Shown piece by piece: positions 1 through 9,535 of a stretch of 64,000 nt of DNA. The number at the start of each line of letters is the position of its first letter. Position 1 is the first letter of the stretch. The stretch comes from a virus (taxonomy: Duplodnaviria; Caudoviricetes): the IMG/VR virus record IMGVR_UViG_3300028048_003161; one strand, given 5' to 3'. A model generated the notes under the pieces. That model had not been told where the DNA came from. It saw nothing but the letters and a program-made list of their open reading frames with translations, and searched no databases. Position numbers and translations under genes: made by a program.

Positions 1-31
1 ACATTAAACATTATGAAAGGAGCACTAGCAG

Positions 32-598
32 ATGATAGTTTATCATGGTAGTAACAGCAACTTCAGGAAGTTAAAAATAAGCAAGTCCTTGGTTAAGCAT
101 ACTAGTACATTGGGTAATGAGGGGTTAGGAATTTATTTCAGTACAGATCCAAGTGTAGCTAATTCATATGGAAAATACTTATATACATTGGAGATAAATG
201 ACAGAGCCTTTGTTGATATGAGAAAGAAAACAAATTGTACAAAATACATTAGGAAAATAATAGGAGCAGTTTACAAGGAAACAGGTGTCAATATAGGTAT
301 GTATTTTGACTTTCAATCTACTATAGACAGACTCTATTATGGTGGACAAGCAGTGTTTTCAGTAGGGCATGACATAGCTGAAGTGCTAGATAACACAGAT
401 GAATTTTATGATAGTGGTTTAAGTCAAACAAAGAAAAGCAATGTTTATAGAGTATTAAGACATATGGACAAGGAATGTCCTAAAGCTTATATGTTTAATT
501 ATCACATTAAGAACATTGGAGTTATAAAGGATGTCTCTGAAGAATATGTGAGAATCATTAAAAGAGAAAACATAGGCTTTGGAGTAATAAGTGGGTAA
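32..598 (+). CDS. ADP-ribosyltransferase-fold protein (ART-PolyVal/DUF3990-like)
   Basis: N-terminal VYHGS followed by GLGIYFS..A.SYG, the strand-1 His / GxYF pattern of phage and MGE ART domains; RBS aaggag upstream. Confidence 0.6.
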   Translation: MIVYHGSNSNFRKLKISKSLVKHTSTLGNEGLGIYFSTDPSVANSYGKYLYTLEINDRAFVDMRKKTNCTKYIRKIIGAVYKETGVNIGMYFDFQSTIDRLYYGGQAVFSVGHDIAEVLDNTDEFYDSGLSQTKKSNVYRVLRHMDKECPKAYMFNYHIKNIGVIKDVSEEYVRIIKRENIGFGVISG

Positions 599-662
599 CA
601 ATTAGACATGAAAAGAGGCATTTGGAAATCAGAAAGGCACATGTGAGAAAGAGGTATTTGAC

Positions 663-1541
663 ATGAAAATTTTAGTTGTAGTCACTAACATATTTGTGTT
701 TCTCGAGGAAACATCAGTGATTAAACAGTTAGGTTTAGCAAGGAACAGGGTTTATTATACAATCAATCCTAATTATGTTAAGTCAAGAACAACTAAAAAC
801 AACTTAATACATGATATTAACAGACTTGGTCTTGGTTTAGAATATATAACATGGGGCAGAATAAATGAGAGTACCTGGGATGTAATGTTATGTTCATCAT
901 ATGCAGGTGATGGTACATATGAGAAATTGATTAATACAAGAGTAAAAGTGAATGTACTCGTAGAGGATGGTAGCTATGACTACTTCACAGAGAATGTGTC
1001 GCATCCTGATTTTGTAAGGGGAAAGAATTTGTTTTTGTTTAGACCTCAAAACAGTGTGGCTGGTAGCATTTACAGATCAGTAAGACCTATAAAAATTGAT
1101 GCTGATATGCAAAGAAGAATTATGAGTTTGTACAGTGATCAATTGAATGTCTTTAATAGATTACCTAATGGGTCATGTATTTTGTTTACTAGTCCATTGG
1201 AATCAGACTTTGGTATCATGGATCATGAGAAACAGGCAGTTGAGTTTATGGAAAAGAACTTTAGAAATAGAGTAGTAATACTTAAGAAACATCCAAGAGA
1301 CTTAAGTGAGTACAAGTCAAGGCATCTTGACATTGTGGAATGTAGCACTAATGTCCCTGGTCAGATACTTGATATTTTGTTTAATGGACCTAAGGTATTT
1401 ACTTTCCCTTCAACAATATGTTTTATGAGTGGTAAGGTAAATGATATGCTTTTATTAAGAATGAAAACACATAATAAAAATTACAATGACTTCTATGAAA
1501 AAGTAGGTAGACTAAATTGTTTTAGGACAGTCATGATTTAG
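663..1541 (+). CDS. sialyltransferase-like GT-B glycosyltransferase (GT38/GT52-like)
   Basis: VEDG (D/E-D/E-G) motif, KKHPRD (HP) motif and late TFPST, in the order seen in bacterial sialyltransferases. Confidence 0.6.
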   Translation: MKILVVVTNIFVFLEETSVIKQLGLARNRVYYTINPNYVKSRTTKNNLIHDINRLGLGLEYITWGRINESTWDVMLCSSYAGDGTYEKLINTRVKVNVLVEDGSYDYFTENVSHPDFVRGKNLFLFRPQNSVAGSIYRSVRPIKIDADMQRRIMSLYSDQLNVFNRLPNGSCILFTSPLESDFGIMDHEKQAVEFMEKNFRNRVVILKKHPRDLSEYKSRHLDIVECSTNVPGQILDILFNGPKVFTFPSTICFMSGKVNDMLLLRMKTHNKNYNDFYEKVGRLNCFRTVMI

Positions 1542-1567
1542 AAAAAGTAAGCATGGAGGCTTAGACA

Positions 1568-1993
1568 ATGGGCATATTTGAAATGTTTAGTAGCAGAAAA
1601 GATTACAAGAGAGAAGAAGAGATTGAACGTAGTAGGTCTGGAATAATACAAGAGGTTGAGAGAGGAAACCTTAGTATGAAAGACCTAGACAGGAGACAAA
1701 AGTTGTGCAACAAGATTGTTACTGTAGAAAAGACAGGTAAGATTGGTCAATGTCATATAGTTGCAGTAGTGATTAGCATGGCAGATGGTGACGACTACAT
1801 AGTAGAGGATTGTACAGGTAAGAGGTTTATTGTTGATAAGGCATCAACTTTTGAATTAGCAAAGAATAAAAAGATTGAAAACATTAAGTTTGTGAAAGAT
1901 CACATTCAAGGTTATAATGGTTTTAGGTTGGGTTCATTACCTCATGTCTATTATAAAGAGGCATTGGAAATGTTAAAACAACATAAAAAATAA
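1568..1993 (+). CDS. hypothetical protein
   Basis: 141-aa ORF with GGAGG RBS, co-oriented in operon. Confidence 0.7.
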   Translation: MGIFEMFSSRKDYKREEEIERSRSGIIQEVERGNLSMKDLDRRQKLCNKIVTVEKTGKIGQCHIVAVVISMADGDDYIVEDCTGKRFIVDKASTFELAKNKKIENIKFVKDHIQGYNGFRLGSLPHVYYKEALEMLKQHKK

Positions 1994-2029
1994 AAGAAAG
2001 GATAATGAAACAAAAGGAGGAAAGACATA

Positions 2030-3091
2030 GTGAAGAAAAGGCTAGTAATTTTAGGAGTGATTTGTACAATGTTGTTTAGTTGTACAGCTTGTTCAGATTC
2101 AAGTTCAACATTGAATGGAGCAGTTGATGCAAGTGTAAGTAGTGGTTCAAATGCATTTGGTGTTGCTGAGAAAAGTGAAAGCAGTGATAATTACGAATAT
2201 GACAGTGGAGATAGTGATTATGACAGCAATAGTGATGAGAGCGACACAGGTGATAATGAGAACAACAGCAAGACTGAAGAGGCAAACATTGACACAAAGG
2301 CTAAAAACATTAATGATAAACTAGTATACAGTTATGATATTGAGTATACAGTTTATGGAGAAAAGAATAAGAACAAAGCAATTAAGAAAGTAGATGATGC
2401 AATTGAAAATTACAATGGCTTCATTGAAAATTCAACTAGTTCAGAGTATAATTGCAGAGTGACAGTAAGAATCCCTAGTGAATACAGAGATAAGTTTGTT
2501 GAGGCATTAACAAACAAGTTAGATAAAGAGAATTATAGGATAAACAAGCAGGTTGAGAATTTGAAGTCAACATATGCTGATTACAAGAGACAGTATGAGA
2601 TTGCTAAATCAAATTATGAAGCATACAGTAAATTGTTAAAGCAGGCAGATGAATTAAAAGATGTGCTTGAGATAACTAATTATGTGAACACTGCTAAACA
2701 AACAATGGACGATATGGAAAGACAGATGCAGGATATTGATACTGATGTAGCATATTCAACTATTGTGGTAGACATTAACTTTAATAGTGATGACATTAGG
2801 AGGTCAGAAGATGAGCCATTGATAAATCAAGCAATACATGCCTTTAAAGATGGAATAAGATCATTCTTTTTATTGATTGTTAATTTATTGTTATTCATTA
2901 TTGGTAATCTGTTATACTTATTAGTATTTGGTTTAATCATTTGGTTTATTGTGGCTAAACACAAGAAGAAAAAGAGACAGAAACAAGAAAAGAATTCAGC
3001 AGTGGAAAATAAAGAAAGCACAGAGAATGAGAAAGCAAATACATCTGAAGTTGAAACAATTACAGTGGATATGAATGAGAACAGTAAATAA
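2030..3091 (+). CDS. DUF4349-family lipoprotein with C-terminal TM helix
   Basis: lipobox-like CTAC, acidic Ser/Asp linker, VTVRIP..coiled coil..VAYSTI core, hydrophobic C-terminal helix then Lys run. Confidence 0.75.
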   Translation: MKKRLVILGVICTMLFSCTACSDSSSTLNGAVDASVSSGSNAFGVAEKSESSDNYEYDSGDSDYDSNSDESDTGDNENNSKTEEANIDTKAKNINDKLVYSYDIEYTVYGEKNKNKAIKKVDDAIENYNGFIENSTSSEYNCRVTVRIPSEYRDKFVEALTNKLDKENYRINKQVENLKSTYADYKRQYEIAKSNYEAYSKLLKQADELKDVLEITNYVNTAKQTMDDMERQMQDIDTDVAYSTIVVDINFNSDDIRRSEDEPLINQAIHAFKDGIRSFFLLIVNLLLFIIGNLLYLLVFGLIIWFIVAKHKKKKRQKQEKNSAVENKESTENEKANTSEVETITVDMNENSK

Positions 3092-3110
3092 TTAAATACA
3101 ACATATAAGT

Positions 3111-3149
3111 AAAAGACATATACATTTGGTTTAGTGTATATGTCTTTTT
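3111..3149 (+). terminator. rho-independent terminator
   Basis: aaaagacatatac...gtatatgtcttttt inverted repeat with T tail. Confidence 0.75.
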
Positions 3150-3152
3150 ATA

Positions 3153-3181
3153 TTGAAAAATAGGGTAATAAGTGTTATAAT
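3153..3181 (+). promoter_or_regulatory. sigmaA-type promoter
   Basis: TTGAAA-17 bp-TATAAT with extended TG; spacer contains AATAGGGT. Confidence 0.7.
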
Positions 3182-3212
3182 ATAAGTAAAGAGTTAGGAA
3201 AGGAGATAAGAC

Positions 3213-3692
3213 ATGATCAAGTTCAGTCGGGCGCATGGTAAATACGCGTGTTTCAGTAATTTTTATCCTTGTGAGATTTTGTTCGGTGGTATGCACTTCA
3301 AGAACAGTGAAGCAGCTTGGCAGGCATTAAAGACACTTGATGAGAATGAGAGACTTTCATTTCAGAATTTAGGACCTTCTGAAGCAAAGAAAAAGGGAAG
3401 AAGTGTTAAGTTGAGAGAAGATTGGGAACTTGTTAAGTACAAGTTGATGGTTGCAGTCTGCTTGGCTAAGTTTAGGCAAAATCCTGATTTAGGAAAGATT
3501 CTGCTTGAGACAGGCGATGAGGAGATTCAGGAGAACACTACAGGTTGGCATGACAACATCTGGGGTCATTGTGAGTGTCCTAAGTGCAGAGATAAGAGTT
3601 ACACTAACTTACTTGGTAAAGCACTCATGGAGGTCAGAGACTTTCTGAAAACAATGGATGACATGGGAAAAGGTTGGAAAGTAGAAGACTAA
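3213..3692 (+). CDS. NADAR (YbiA-like) family N-glycosidase / ADP-ribosyl hydrolase
   Basis: FSNFY, SEAAWQALK, AKKKGR, W...K..LM, KFRQN..L...LL.TG, DNIWG, NLLGKALMEVR: full NADAR motif series. Confidence 0.9.
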   Translation: MIKFSRAHGKYACFSNFYPCEILFGGMHFKNSEAAWQALKTLDENERLSFQNLGPSEAKKKGRSVKLREDWELVKYKLMVAVCLAKFRQNPDLGKILLETGDEEIQENTTGWHDNIWGHCECPKCRDKSYTNLLGKALMEVRDFLKTMDDMGKGWKVED

Positions 3693-3722
3693 ACAGTAGA
3701 GAAAAGGAATAGGACAGTTAAA

Positions 3723-4379
3723 ATGAAAAACAAGACATGAAGAAAGAACAAACTTGTCATGGTAGTTGCAATTTGTTTAATGATGTGTACACTGGTTGGT
3801 GGTTGCGGTATCCTTGATTCAAAGGTAAATGACATTAAAGGTAAGCTTGTAGGAAATGACTACAACATTTACTTTTATGATAACTTTGGTAACAAGACAG
3901 GGTTTGTGTCAGGTGAAAAAGTAGGTATGACGGGTAATCCGATTAAGGTGCAGAGTGTATCTGATAGCGGAGACATCATTACTACATATCAGCTCTCATC
4001 AATTATTACACTTAACATTGATGGTCATGAACTGGAGACTTGTGGAGATACAATGATCTGTGCTCAGAAAGGACTTGAGCCTGATGTAGATTTTAAGTCA
4101 TCTGATATTATCAGTGAGTCATCAGGAAAATTAACAGACAATGCTGCAATTTCAGGGTTTGTCAATAAGTACAAGAATATGTTTGGCAAGTCACGTGTAA
4201 TTGTGGTTAAGTCACAGTTAGGACAACCTATTACAGCATATTCAGGAGAAAAGGTCTATTGGGAGGCTCCTGAGGACCTTCCTAAAATGACAAAGCTTAT
4301 GATTGATGGTAAGGCTTTATATGTGCATAGAGATAACTTTCAGATTATAGATAAAGGCTTATTGAAAAATGCAGAATAA
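3723..4379 (+). CDS. DUF5052-like lipoprotein; in-frame TGA at 3738 separates the likely signal-peptide n-region (ORF track start 3759)
   Basis: lipobox VGGC, KG.L.GN.Y....YDN.G and KSQLGQPI..YSG..VYW motifs; ATG 3723 is in frame and reads MKNKT*RKNKLVMVVAICL. Confidence 0.6.
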
Positions 4380-4392
4380 GCACTAAGGCAGA

Positions 4393-4430
4393 GCACCCTG
4401 CAGTGAAAACTGTGGGGTGTAATTTTGTTT
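4393..4430 (+). terminator. rho-independent terminator
   Basis: gcaccctgcag-loop-ctgtggggtgt stem then T-rich tail. Confidence 0.6.
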
Positions 4431-4445
4431 ATAGCTGTGGCATTG

Positions 4446-4687
4446 ATAAAAATTGGGTATGCAGTATAAGATGTGCATTGGTAATTTTAGGTATATTGAC
4501 AATTTATTAAATTTGTGATATAATATGGTAAATGAAAGACCTTATGTAAGAAAGAAAGTTGACTAGCCACAAAGTAAGAAAATACATAATTTTTGAGTGA
4601 CATGCATATGTCAAAAAATTAGATATGCAGTGGGGTCAAAATTGGGTACGACATAGGAGTTAAAAAATTAAAAATTTTTAATAGGTT
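4446..4687 (+). repeat. dispersed intergenic repeat, copy A (two sub-units: 4446-4480 and 4622-4687)
   Basis: tatgcagtggggtcaaaattgggtacgacata..aaaaaattaaaaattttt, similar to 36717-36780 and 52737-52782. Confidence 0.65.
4496..4524 (+). promoter_or_regulatory. sigmaA-type promoter
   Basis: perfect TTGACA-17 bp-TATAAT. Confidence 0.8.
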
Positions 4688-4702
4688 GGAGGTACATATG
4701 AT

Positions 4703-5032
4703 ATGCTAGTGGACATTAAGGAAGTGAGGGATGGACTAAGGATAAGAGGGGCAACACCTTGGAAATCTTTTGACTATGGTGTTTGTGATGACTACACTTA
4801 GGTACTGGAGAAATACAAAGAGGAAATTAAGAGTAACAAGAAATATGTGGTTGTGTTACAGGTCATTCATAAACAAGGGAAATCTAGTTTAGATGGGTGG
4901 AAATGGAGTAAGCATGGTCCATATATTGGTAAGCAGAAACAAGAAGCAGAGTACTTGTTTAATGAACCTTTAATCACAGAGGTTTATGAATATAGCATTT
5001 TTGAATTAGGAGGACATGAAAATGAAAAGTAA
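4703..5032 (+). pseudogene. phage-type hypothetical protein interrupted by an in-frame TAG at 4799
   Basis: GGAGG RBS then ATG 4703 reads MLVDIKE...YGVCDDYT*VLEKYKEE...GWKWSKHGPYIG in one frame. Confidence 0.55.
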
Positions 5033-5381
5033 AAGCAATGTAGCAGGAAGAATGAAAAGTAAAAGCAATGTAGCAGGAAGAATGGACAGCAAGATTGTTG
5101 CAATGAACAACAGAAGAAAAGTAACTGACATGAGCGAAGAGAATAAGAGACAGGCATGGAAATGGATTGGTATTTTTGTAGGTGTTATGTTACTTTTGAT
5201 TGTAGGTGGTTACTTTGCAGTTCCTGCAATCAGACAGGCAGAAATAGGTGTTTGGCAGGCATTTATGAGAAAGTCAATTGGAGACAAAGTTGACTGCATC
5301 TTGATTGTTGTTTGTGCATTTGCATTTTTAATTTCAATCAATAGGACATTAAGAAAGGCAAGGCTCAACAGAGGGAAATAA
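5016..5381 (+). CDS. small two-TM membrane protein
   Basis: two hydrophobic segments; AGGAGG RBS. Confidence 0.65.
   Translation: MKMKSKSNVAGRMKSKSNVAGRMDSKIVAMNNRRKVTDMSEENKRQAWKWIGIFVGVMLLLIVGGYFAVPAIRQAEIGVWQAFMRKSIGDKVDCILIVVCAFAFLISINRTLRKARLNRGK
5022..5081 (+). repeat. 30-bp in-frame tandem duplication (MKSKSNVAGR x2)
   Basis: atgaaaagtaaaagcaatgtagcaggaaga occurs twice in tandem. Confidence 0.9.
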
Positions 5382-5440
5382 AGGCAAGCAATAGAAAAAT
5401 AAAGAGATTGCAATTAAAATAAAATAATAACATTATTAAG

Positions 5441-5479
5441 AAACTAGTATACACAGCAATTTGGCGTATACTAGTTTTT
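5441..5479 (+). terminator. rho-independent terminator
   Basis: aaactagtatac...gtatactagttttt. Confidence 0.7.
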
Positions 5480-5635
5480 CAATTTTATTGTAACTATAGG
5501 TGTACATGTGTATAAACTGGGCATACATTATGGTTTATCTAAAGGAATATTAAATATAGGATTGACCCTCCTGTTGGCATAAAGTGGAAACAGAAATAAG
5601 TTTTTATTTATTTTTAATTTATGGGAGGTATCTTT

Positions 5636-6364
5636 ATGTATATACTTGTTGCACGTATATTTGACAAGAGGGAGCTTGTTGGATATAAGATGAAAGACAT
5701 GACAAATGGGGAGGCTCATCTTGTCACAAAAGGGGATGCATGTAGATTAGCAGCTAATGAGCAAATAGTTGATGTCAAGTGCATTCAGTCAAAATTAGGT
5801 TCAGATAGTTTAGTAAGTACTGGCAGTACTAGATTGAGGGATTTGCCTAGGATTGATGCAAAGGACATTAAGAAAAAGTCAGTATCATCTAGTAAGTTCA
5901 AATACAGTGATAGGATAGCGTGTGTGATTAGGGATACCTGTAATAATAGAAAAATGAACACAGTGTATACAGAATCACACATTAAGGAAATTATTAAACA
6001 GGATGTAAATAGGGGAGTCATTGATATAAGTGAAAAGAACTCATTAAGTATGGGTATACTCATTAGAAAATGTGGGAGCAATGAGTATATGGTGCTTAAT
6101 GAAAATGATTATGACCTGCCTTTTCATAGAATAGCAGATGATAAGGATAAAATAAAGCAAGTTGAGACATTGGGTAGCCATGATCAGCAGTTATTAAGTA
6201 AAGGTGAACTTGTATTATTGAGTTCTAATCCTAAAATAAATTGTATATTCAGTAATGCACTTGTGATAGGTCCTACTAAATTTAGTAGATACACAGGTGG
6301 TTTAGAGGATTGGCTGAATCAGTTTAGTATAGTATTTGGAAATAATGACGGACAGGATATATAA
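5636..6364 (+). CDS. hypothetical protein
   Basis: long ORF; GGGAGG RBS favours ATG 5636 over 5621. Confidence 0.65.
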   Translation: MYILVARIFDKRELVGYKMKDMTNGEAHLVTKGDACRLAANEQIVDVKCIQSKLGSDSLVSTGSTRLRDLPRIDAKDIKKKSVSSSKFKYSDRIACVIRDTCNNRKMNTVYTESHIKEIIKQDVNRGVIDISEKNSLSMGILIRKCGSNEYMVLNENDYDLPFHRIADDKDKIKQVETLGSHDQQLLSKGELVLLSSNPKINCIFSNALVIGPTKFSRYTGGLEDWLNQFSIVFGNNDGQDI

Positions 6365-6429
6365 TATTACATAAACTAGACAAGTTATGAAAAGAGTAGT
6401 ACAGTGGAAAATAAAATGAACATTAGATG

Positions 6430-6472
6430 ATTAAGCTTTACTTATAATAATTTAAGTAGGGCTTAATTTTTT
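6430..6472 (+). terminator. rho-independent terminator
   Basis: attaagctttactta...taagtagggcttaattttt. Confidence 0.6.
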
Positions 6473-6490
6473 AGATTTTGGGCATCAGTA

Positions 6491-6519
6491 TTGACAAAAT
6501 AGGGTTTATGTGGTAATAT
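6491..6519 (+). promoter_or_regulatory. sigmaA-type promoter
   Basis: TTGACA-17 bp (aaatagggtttatgtgg)-TAATAT. Confidence 0.65.
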
Positions 6520-6609
6520 AATATTTGTAGTTAAGAAGTAAATATGTAGTACGTAGTCTTAATTACTCTACAAAATTTAGTGCGTGAGAAACGCAAGGAG
6601 GACAGTGCT

Positions 6610-6936
6610 ATGGCATTTGAAAACGAAATCAATGAACAGGTGGCTCAGATCGACAAGAATAATCGTGGAGATTACATGGTAGTTTCTAAGATCACCAACA
6701 AGAACACAGGAACAGTGAGTGCAGACATTAGACAGTTTTACACTGACGAAAATGGAAAGGTAGCTCCTACTCGAAAGGGTACCCGTGTCAACACAGAAAT
6801 CTTACCTGACGTGATTAAAGCATTACTTCAGATTCTGGAGCCTGATGAACTGGAGGACATTGGAGAGTTTGTCGAAAACATGGGTGCTGATGAACTTGAG
6901 GATCCTGAGGACACTACAGAAGAGGAAGAGGCATAA
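6610..6936 (+). CDS. PC4/p15-family single-stranded DNA-binding protein with acidic tail
   Basis: ADIRQFYTDENG...PTRKG is the PC4 signature; Glu/Asp-rich C-terminus typical of SSBs; AGGAGG RBS before ATG 6610. Confidence 0.8.
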   Translation: MAFENEINEQVAQIDKNNRGDYMVVSKITNKNTGTVSADIRQFYTDENGKVAPTRKGTRVNTEILPDVIKALLQILEPDELEDIGEFVENMGADELEDPEDTTEEEEA

Positions 6937-7204
6937 GCCTCAATGTAGAAATAGGAGATGCAGGTCATTAAATCTTAAATTGACATTGTGTATGATTGAA
7001 ATTACATAAAACAAGGTAATCATTTATGGTTGTGATTGTCTTGGTATAAACCGACTAACAACATATGTGATTGAGATTGTAGACATTGGAAATTTTAAGG
7101 TTTATCCTTTAAGAAGAAAAATTGAATATTGTGGACTTCTGACATAACTAGGAAAGCAGAGTTGGTGACTGATTGAACAGTTTAAGCAGAGGTCAAAGCT
7201 GCGG

Positions 7205-7251
7205 AAAAAAGTAAGGGAACAGTACTTAATTGTATTGTTTCCTTATTTTTT
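7205..7251 (+). terminator. rho-independent terminator
   Basis: aaaaaagtaagggaacagtac...gtattgtttccttattttt. Confidence 0.65.
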
Positions 7252-7300
7252 GCATTAAAATAAAAATAAGGAAATTTATTTTAATTAGGAGTGTGGTAAA

Positions 7301-9535
7301 ATGTTAATGAGTAGGACATTGTGTTCAATGGTGATGGCAAGTTTATTATTAACATCTACAAGTACAATAACAGTTAAGGCAGAGAAAATTGAAAATACAG
7401 TAGAGACAAATGGACAAGGCGTACAAGGCGTAGAGAATACACTAATTAACATCAAGAGTTTAGATGATCAGTTGGACGAACTCTACAGTAAGATTGGTGA
7501 GCACTTGGGAGTAGACAAAAGCATAGTTAAACAAATTCATGCACTTTGTGGAAGTAAAGCAGTTTATGCAGATAAGAAGCCTAGCATCTATAACGATTTG
7601 ACAACATATAAGCCAATGGGTATATACAGAGGAAAAGGTGAGCAGGGTATTTTACAGAAAGCAGACTTCATAGAGTGTGGAGATGATAACATAGATAGAC
7701 CTTCAGAGTATTTTTTACCTGATGCACTATATAGTGTGTCTTATGACATAGTATCCTTAATGAGTCAGAGGTTTAATTGTGATAGAGGACCTATGCAAGA
7801 ATACTTTGACAACTTAAAAGAGGATGTTAAGCAGAGGATTGTGTTCTATGAGGCAGTAATGGAATATACAGATTGCAAGGAAGATACAGTTGATGAAATT
7901 TTCAAAGCATATGAAAAGTGTTTATATGACAAGCAGAAAGATGAGAATGTCGTTGAGACAAATAAAGATGGACAGTTAGAAATTAAAAGCAAGTTTAGAA
8001 AGATATTCAATGACATTGGAATTAAGAATGAGACAAGATTAAATTATTTAGCTATCATTTTAAGTTATGATAAGGATTTGGCAGTTAATGATAATACAGA
8101 GAGTACAAAAGATGAGTACATTGTACCATACAAACTCAACTATACAAGTAGAGAGAATATGATGTTAGCAGCGGCTTGTTTAGTTGGAAAAGTCAGGTAT
8201 GTTTGGGCTGGTGGACATAGTGGTGCATCTTACATAGATGGAATAAATCCTGCATGGGAAATGTGGAGTGACTTGTACACAGGAGATAATTATGAGAAAT
8301 GTATACAGCCTCATGGTTCTTGGTGTCCTGAACATGGACAAAGCAGTGGTGAGTGTACACAGGGAGGAATCATAAGAAGTTTAGATGATTACATTAGTAA
8401 AAGGTCAAAGACATTTGGAACAGATGAATTAGATCAGGATAAATACAGAAAGCTTTTAGCAAAAGTTAATTACAGTAATGGAATTAGTACTCATACATTG
8501 GATGGTTTAGATTGCAGTGGATTTGCATCTTGGCTATACAATCAAATTACAGATAAGTACAATGTCAACTCAACAGCTAGATGCTTTACTAAACAGTCAG
8601 GGATTAAAGAAGTTGCATTTGGAAGTAAGATGTTACCTGGAGATGTGTTTTCATGGACATCACATATAGTAGTAATTGTTGGACAGGTAAGAAAAGGAAG
8701 TAAGGCATATGTGACAGTTGAGGAAACACCTCATGTATTGAAATATGGAGTAGTTTATTATGCAGGTGCAAGTTCAGCTGACATAGAATATGGAAAGAAG
8801 ATAGCATCTGAAGCAAACACCTTGATTGGTGGAATACCTTCTGGAAAAGAAACACCTCATGTTTATTGTATGAATAACGTAGGGCACTATACAGAGGAAG
8901 AAGAGGTTGAGGTCACAGATGAAAAAGGAAAGAACAAGCATAAAAAGAAAAAGGCAGGAAAAGGGTCAGGAAAGAAAAAGGTAGACGTGTCAGTTGTAGA
9001 CAATGACTTGAGTTTATTAGCAAGTGCACTTGAAAGTACAGAAGAGAGCACTGAACAAGAAACAGAGACAGAGGAAAGTACAACAGAGGACAATACAGAA
9101 GAAAAAGCTGACAGCAAAAAAGAAAACACAACAGAGAAGTCTGACAGCACTGACAGTGAAAAAGAAAATAAGACAGAGGATAAAGAAAACAAGACAACGG
9201 ATAAAAAGGACAAGGGCAGTTCAGATAAAAAGGACAAGAACAGCAAAAAAGATAAGAAAGACAGGAAGAAAAATAAGAGAGACAAGCACAAAAAGAAAAA
9301 GACAAAGAAAGTTAAGGTTGATAAGCAGTATATTTCAATTGGTAGGTTTGAAGGAACATTCATTGATGAACAATTTGGACATGAGAGTTTTGAGGACTTG
9401 ACAGCACTGGAAATTATAAGACATACAATTAAGAAATTACCTATGAGTTATATAAGTGGTTACAACATTTATAAGGGTAAGCTTTTTGATAAAAAGACAG
9501 TTGCATCAGAATTAGGAGTAAAAGTAAATGAATAA
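7301..9535 (+). CDS. secreted NlpC/P60 cell-wall hydrolase
   Basis: Sec signal ending VKA; YVWAGG...GLDCSGF...PGDV..HIV catalytic motifs; long K/D/E low-complexity segment near C-terminus. Confidence 0.8.
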   Translation: MLMSRTLCSMVMASLLLTSTSTITVKAEKIENTVETNGQGVQGVENTLINIKSLDDQLDELYSKIGEHLGVDKSIVKQIHALCGSKAVYADKKPSIYNDLTTYKPMGIYRGKGEQGILQKADFIECGDDNIDRPSEYFLPDALYSVSYDIVSLMSQRFNCDRGPMQEYFDNLKEDVKQRIVFYEAVMEYTDCKEDTVDEIFKAYEKCLYDKQKDENVVETNKDGQLEIKSKFRKIFNDIGIKNETRLNYLAIILSYDKDLAVNDNTESTKDEYIVPYKLNYTSRENMMLAAACLVGKVRYVWAGGHSGASYIDGINPAWEMWSDLYTGDNYEKCIQPHGSWCPEHGQSSGECTQGGIIRSLDDYISKRSKTFGTDELDQDKYRKLLAKVNYSNGISTHTLDGLDCSGFASWLYNQITDKYNVNSTARCFTKQSGIKEVAFGSKMLPGDVFSWTSHIVVIVGQVRKGSKAYVTVEETPHVLKYGVVYYAGASSADIEYGKKIASEANTLIGGIPSGKETPHVYCMNNVGHYTEEEEVEVTDEKGKNKHKKKKAGKGSGKKKVDVSVVDNDLSLLASALESTEESTEQETETEESTTEDNTEEKADSKKENTTEKSDSTDSEKENKTEDKENKTTDKKDKGSSDKKDKNSKKDKKDRKKNKRDKHKKKKTKKVKVDKQYISIGRFEGTFIDEQFGHESFEDLTALEIIRHTIKKLPMSYISGYNIYKGKLFDKKTVASELGVKVNE

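Noticed and set aside
4446-4687. CRISPR array or iteron-type origin
   Set aside because: Repeats are few, degenerate and not regularly spaced; no cas or rep gene adjacent.
3723-5032. Stop-codon reassignment (TAG=Gln or TGA=Trp) suggested by two in-frame stops
   Set aside because: Many full-length conserved genes end in TAG (for example 1541, 17733, 26761, 36059) or TGA (37989, 60438), and long genes have no internal stops under the standard code.
8887-9401. Overlapping ORFs on the minus strand and an alternate frame in the hydrolase gene
   Set aside because: Shadow ORFs of a low-complexity K/D/E stretch; no RBS or recognisable motifs.
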